From positions 44,748,577 through 44,812,576 of the forward strand of contig CM074517.1 of the NCBI GenBank assembly GCA_037379345.1: a DNA stretch of 64,000 bases, in the 5' to 3' direction. Below the pieces are notes generated by a model. The model did not search any database, had not been told where the DNA came from, and was given only the letters and a program-made list of their open reading frames with translations. How positions within the stretch are numbered: position 1 is the first letter of the stretch; every line of letters begins with the position of its first letter. The stretch is from Perna viridis (taxonomy: Eukaryota). This document shows positions 60,775-64,000 of this stretch, one piece after another. Position numbers and translations under genes: made by a program.

Positions 60775-61818
60775 TTGTACCTAGATACAAATATATAGTT
60801 CTTGGTAGGGATTCCTCATACTTTGTAAGAAATAATTCCAAATCATCTTCCAAATATACAGAGAAAGATGTTTACAAAATGCTGGAATTTTTAATCGACA
60901 ACATATTTGTCCAGTGTGGTGGACGTGTTTTTCAACAAACGGTCGGCATTCCAATGGGAACAAATTGTGCTTCTTTACTTGCTGACTTTTCCTTCACTCT
61001 TATGAGGCTGACTTTTTAGCTGATCTGATCAGAAAGAAAGAATATCGTTTGGCTAGATCCTTTAATTTCAGTTTCCGCTATATAGATCACAAATTATCTT
61101 TAAACAATCCTAATTTCGGGGATTTGATACATCGCATCTACCCAAAAGAACTTGAGATAAAGGATACTACAGACACTGTGAAGTCAGCCACATATCTTGA
61201 CTAACACTTAGAAATCGATGGTAAAGGAAAACTTTACGACAAACGTGATGACTTTTCATTCAGAATTGTCAACTTTCCTTTCATCTGTGGCAACATCCCT
61301 TCGGCTCCTGCGTATGGAGTGTTCATATCACAACTCATACGTTATGCAAGAACTTGCCGAAACTACGTAGACTTTTTGTATCGCGCTAGAACTCTAACAA
61401 ATAGGCTTCTGGAACAGGGTTATGTTGCTACAAGATTGAAGTCATCACTACAGAAGTTTTATGGTCGTCATCATGAACTCGTGGATCGTTATGGTGTATC
61501 CATCAGCTCCATGAAAACTGATTTATTCAACGGGTCATAGTTTTCCTTTCCTCGTTTTCTACCCCGGACTTGACTTTTTATGAGCAACTCGGCGGGTGTT
61601 TCTAGAAAAGCAGGGGACGCTTACCCCACCGGTGCACCTGGTCCATGCTCCCAGTTTTAAGTGAAGTCCGAGTTGCTCATTTACTTTTGTTACTTCGTAT
61701 GTATGATTTTAGTTACTTTATGTTCTTTGTTGTGTATGTCTGTTTTCCATGTCTGGTCTTTGTCCCTGGATTACATTCTTTTGATTACCGCTATAACCTT
61801 GGTTCCCTTGATGACTCT
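60775..61818 (+). mobile_element. Penelope-like (Naiad-type) element: 3' half of RT plus 3' UTR
   Basis: LEFLIDNIFV...FQQTVGIPMGTNC, FRYID, IYPKELEI, YDKRDDF, ISQLIRYAR...KFYGRHHEL; no GIY-YIG domain follows the RT. Confidence 0.9.
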
Positions 61819-61857
61819 TGAATAAGTTCAGATGTATATATATGATGCCTTTATATA

Positions 61858-62169
61858 AGTAGTGTGAAAAGGCCGATTCTACCGCACATGCAGAAATCCT
61901 GCATAAAAACCCCAACCCCGACAGCCAAATGCAAATGGACGACATCCCTATTGAGCATAGGGTAAATACAAGAATTATGGCTTTCGTATCGATCGAAGAA
62001 GACTTCATCAGTGAAGATTTCTTCCAGGAAAAGGTTGAAGAGCAGAGTCAGGAAGCTCTGAAATGGGAGGACTTACCCATCAGGGTAATCTACAAGATCA
62101 CGGAGGTGATAGAGGTGGATGGAAAGTTCGGTATGTCTAAGATCCACGCACGGTATCTTCATGCTTTTT
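61858..62169 (+). mobile_element. Internally deleted left-end fragment of the same Polinton family
   Basis: 61858-62145 matches 7938-8224 (TIR plus MAFV ORF); 62146-62169 matches 8737-8760. Confidence 0.92.
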
Positions 62170-62919
62170 TTTAATCTTTAATCTTACTGTACTACATATG
62201 CCAATAACCATAGTTAGAGTACATGCACATGTATTTTGTTAGTTTTCAGTGTAAATTTCTTGTTCACAGACATACAAATGTAAACTGCAAATTTTGCTAA
62301 GAAATATGGCTACACTGTTCTACACTAGCAATAAAAACAGTATACCTATCACCAATTTTGAAAATTTTAAATATCTGTGTACATACAAAGTATATGAATA
62401 AATAATGTATACCTTCAACACTTACCTAGTACATTGTACATGTAAAAATGTCCATTAAAATCTGCTCTTAGAAAAGGTCTACTTTTGGTAGCCTTGACAT
62501 CCAACACATTTTCAATGCACTTTCATGGACAAAGAATTTCAAACATAACTGAGTCTTTCTTGCGTCATAAAAATCCTGTTTCTTACTTTATGATCTGCGT
62601 TCTAAATAAATGTATCTGGTATATCTTGACAATGTACTAAAAAAGAACCATATTGATCATTAGTTATGACTTACATGGATATAAGACACATGTACATTGT
62701 ATTACTATCTCTCTAAATTCCACACTGAAAAGTACATGCAGTATCAACAGGAGACACCTATATAAACTGAAGGGCCACTGGCCCGCGGGGTGATATAGGT
62801 CGAGGGTTGATACTACATATCAAACAGATTTTTGCATGTCATGTTCATTCTTTCTTATATTTTATCTATACAAAATGTACTTCAAATATGTTCTGTGCAA
62901 TGTATGATATATTATATGC

Positions 62920-63325
62920 AATATATGTCTAGGGGTGTGATATAGGGTATGCCATATAGGTATATGGGTGGTATTTAGAGAATGCGATATAGGTTCATGG
63001 GTATGATATATAGTATGTGATATAGGTCTTGGCGTGTGATATAAGGTATGCAATATATGTCTGTGGGTGTGATATATAGGGTACTTGAAATGGGTTTAGG
63101 GTGTTATATACGGTATGCAATATAAGTCTAGGGGTGTGCGATATAAGTCTAGGGGTGTGATATACAGAAGGCAATAAAGGTCTAGGGTAGAATGCAATAT
63201 ATGTCTAGGGGTGTGATATACGGTATGCAATATAGGTCTAGGGTGTAATATACATTATGAGATATGTCTACGGGTGTGGTATACAGTATGTGCTACAGGT
63301 CTAGGGGTGTGATATAGTGTATGAT
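62920..63325. repeat. ~31-bp degenerate minisatellite
   Basis: Recurring GTCTAGGGGTGTGATATA(C/G)GGTATGCAATATA. Confidence 0.85.
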
Positions 63326-64000
63326 AATTATAATGGGGTATGGGATAAAGGTCTATGGTCGGTAGGGAAGTCTGGATTTTAGGAACATGTACAAGTGTAT
63401 GTGTTAGCTCATGTGTCTACTCGCATCCCAAGAACTTTATTTCACTGGATACTCCTCCTTTTTGATAGTTCAAGATTACCTTCTAAATGTGATGAATATG
63501 CCACATGACCTCCTTTCATCCTTAACGTTGAAACAGACACATTGTTTATGTCTCTGCTTTGAAATCATAATAATTTAACAATTCTGTTTTTCTATTTTAA
63601 ATACTTCATTTGCTACGTGTATGTACATGTTTGTTTACCATTTTATTTTATTTATGAACATGTACATGTAGTAATTAACATATATGTACACAATGCTTGT
63701 ATTTTATGTACGGAAGATAAATTAGTGGGATCAAATTAATCACAAATGATTTTTTTTCAATAAAAAGGAGGGATGTCAACCCCATGCACCCTCTCCTGGA
63801 TCCGCCACTGTAATCTATACTTACTACAGAAAAAGTGCACATTGCAGCTCCGAAAATCCGTCATTAGAAGCCCCCGACATCTTCATTAAAAGGATCAGAT
63901 CGAGAAAAATAAACTGGCAAATCTCGATTGAGCTTTCCTCACTGCGAGTGCGAATGTTCGGGTCAATTAGACAAAATTAAAAAGCTTAACGAAGCGCAAC

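Overview
AT-rich animal genomic DNA. It is probably from a bivalve mollusc, inferred from the repeat families and GPCR types, and has one assembly gap at 7346-7504. The dominant feature is a full-length, visibly GC-rich but decaying Polinton/Maverick (adintovirus-like endogenous virus) at 7938-19381. It has 130-bp TIRs beginning AGTAGT and a near-perfect 6-bp TSD. Its genes are pPolB, adenain protease, fibre-like protein, rve integrase, parvovirus-type PLA2, packaging ATPase, major and minor capsid proteins, core proteins and a membrane protein. Most virion genes are preceded by a shared TA(G/A)ATAAAT(G) motif, and both TIRs end in an ATG that opens an inward ORF. An internally deleted left-end copy lies at 61858-62169. 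The host DNA holds an intact two-exon Cys-rich class B (Methuselah/adhesion-like) GPCR, three decayed paralogues of a rhodopsin-type GPCR with an unusual ectodomain, and an old ~8-10 kb segmental duplication. Mobile elements include two CR1/L2-group LINEs, Penelope-like elements with an N-terminal GIY-YIG domain (Naiad type) and a structured 3' UTR, and a tandem hammerhead-ribozyme array (retrozyme, 37140-37970). Also present are a tRNA-Leu-headed 413-bp element found in permuted and inverted forms, SINE-like elements, MITEs, a foldback element and minisatellites.
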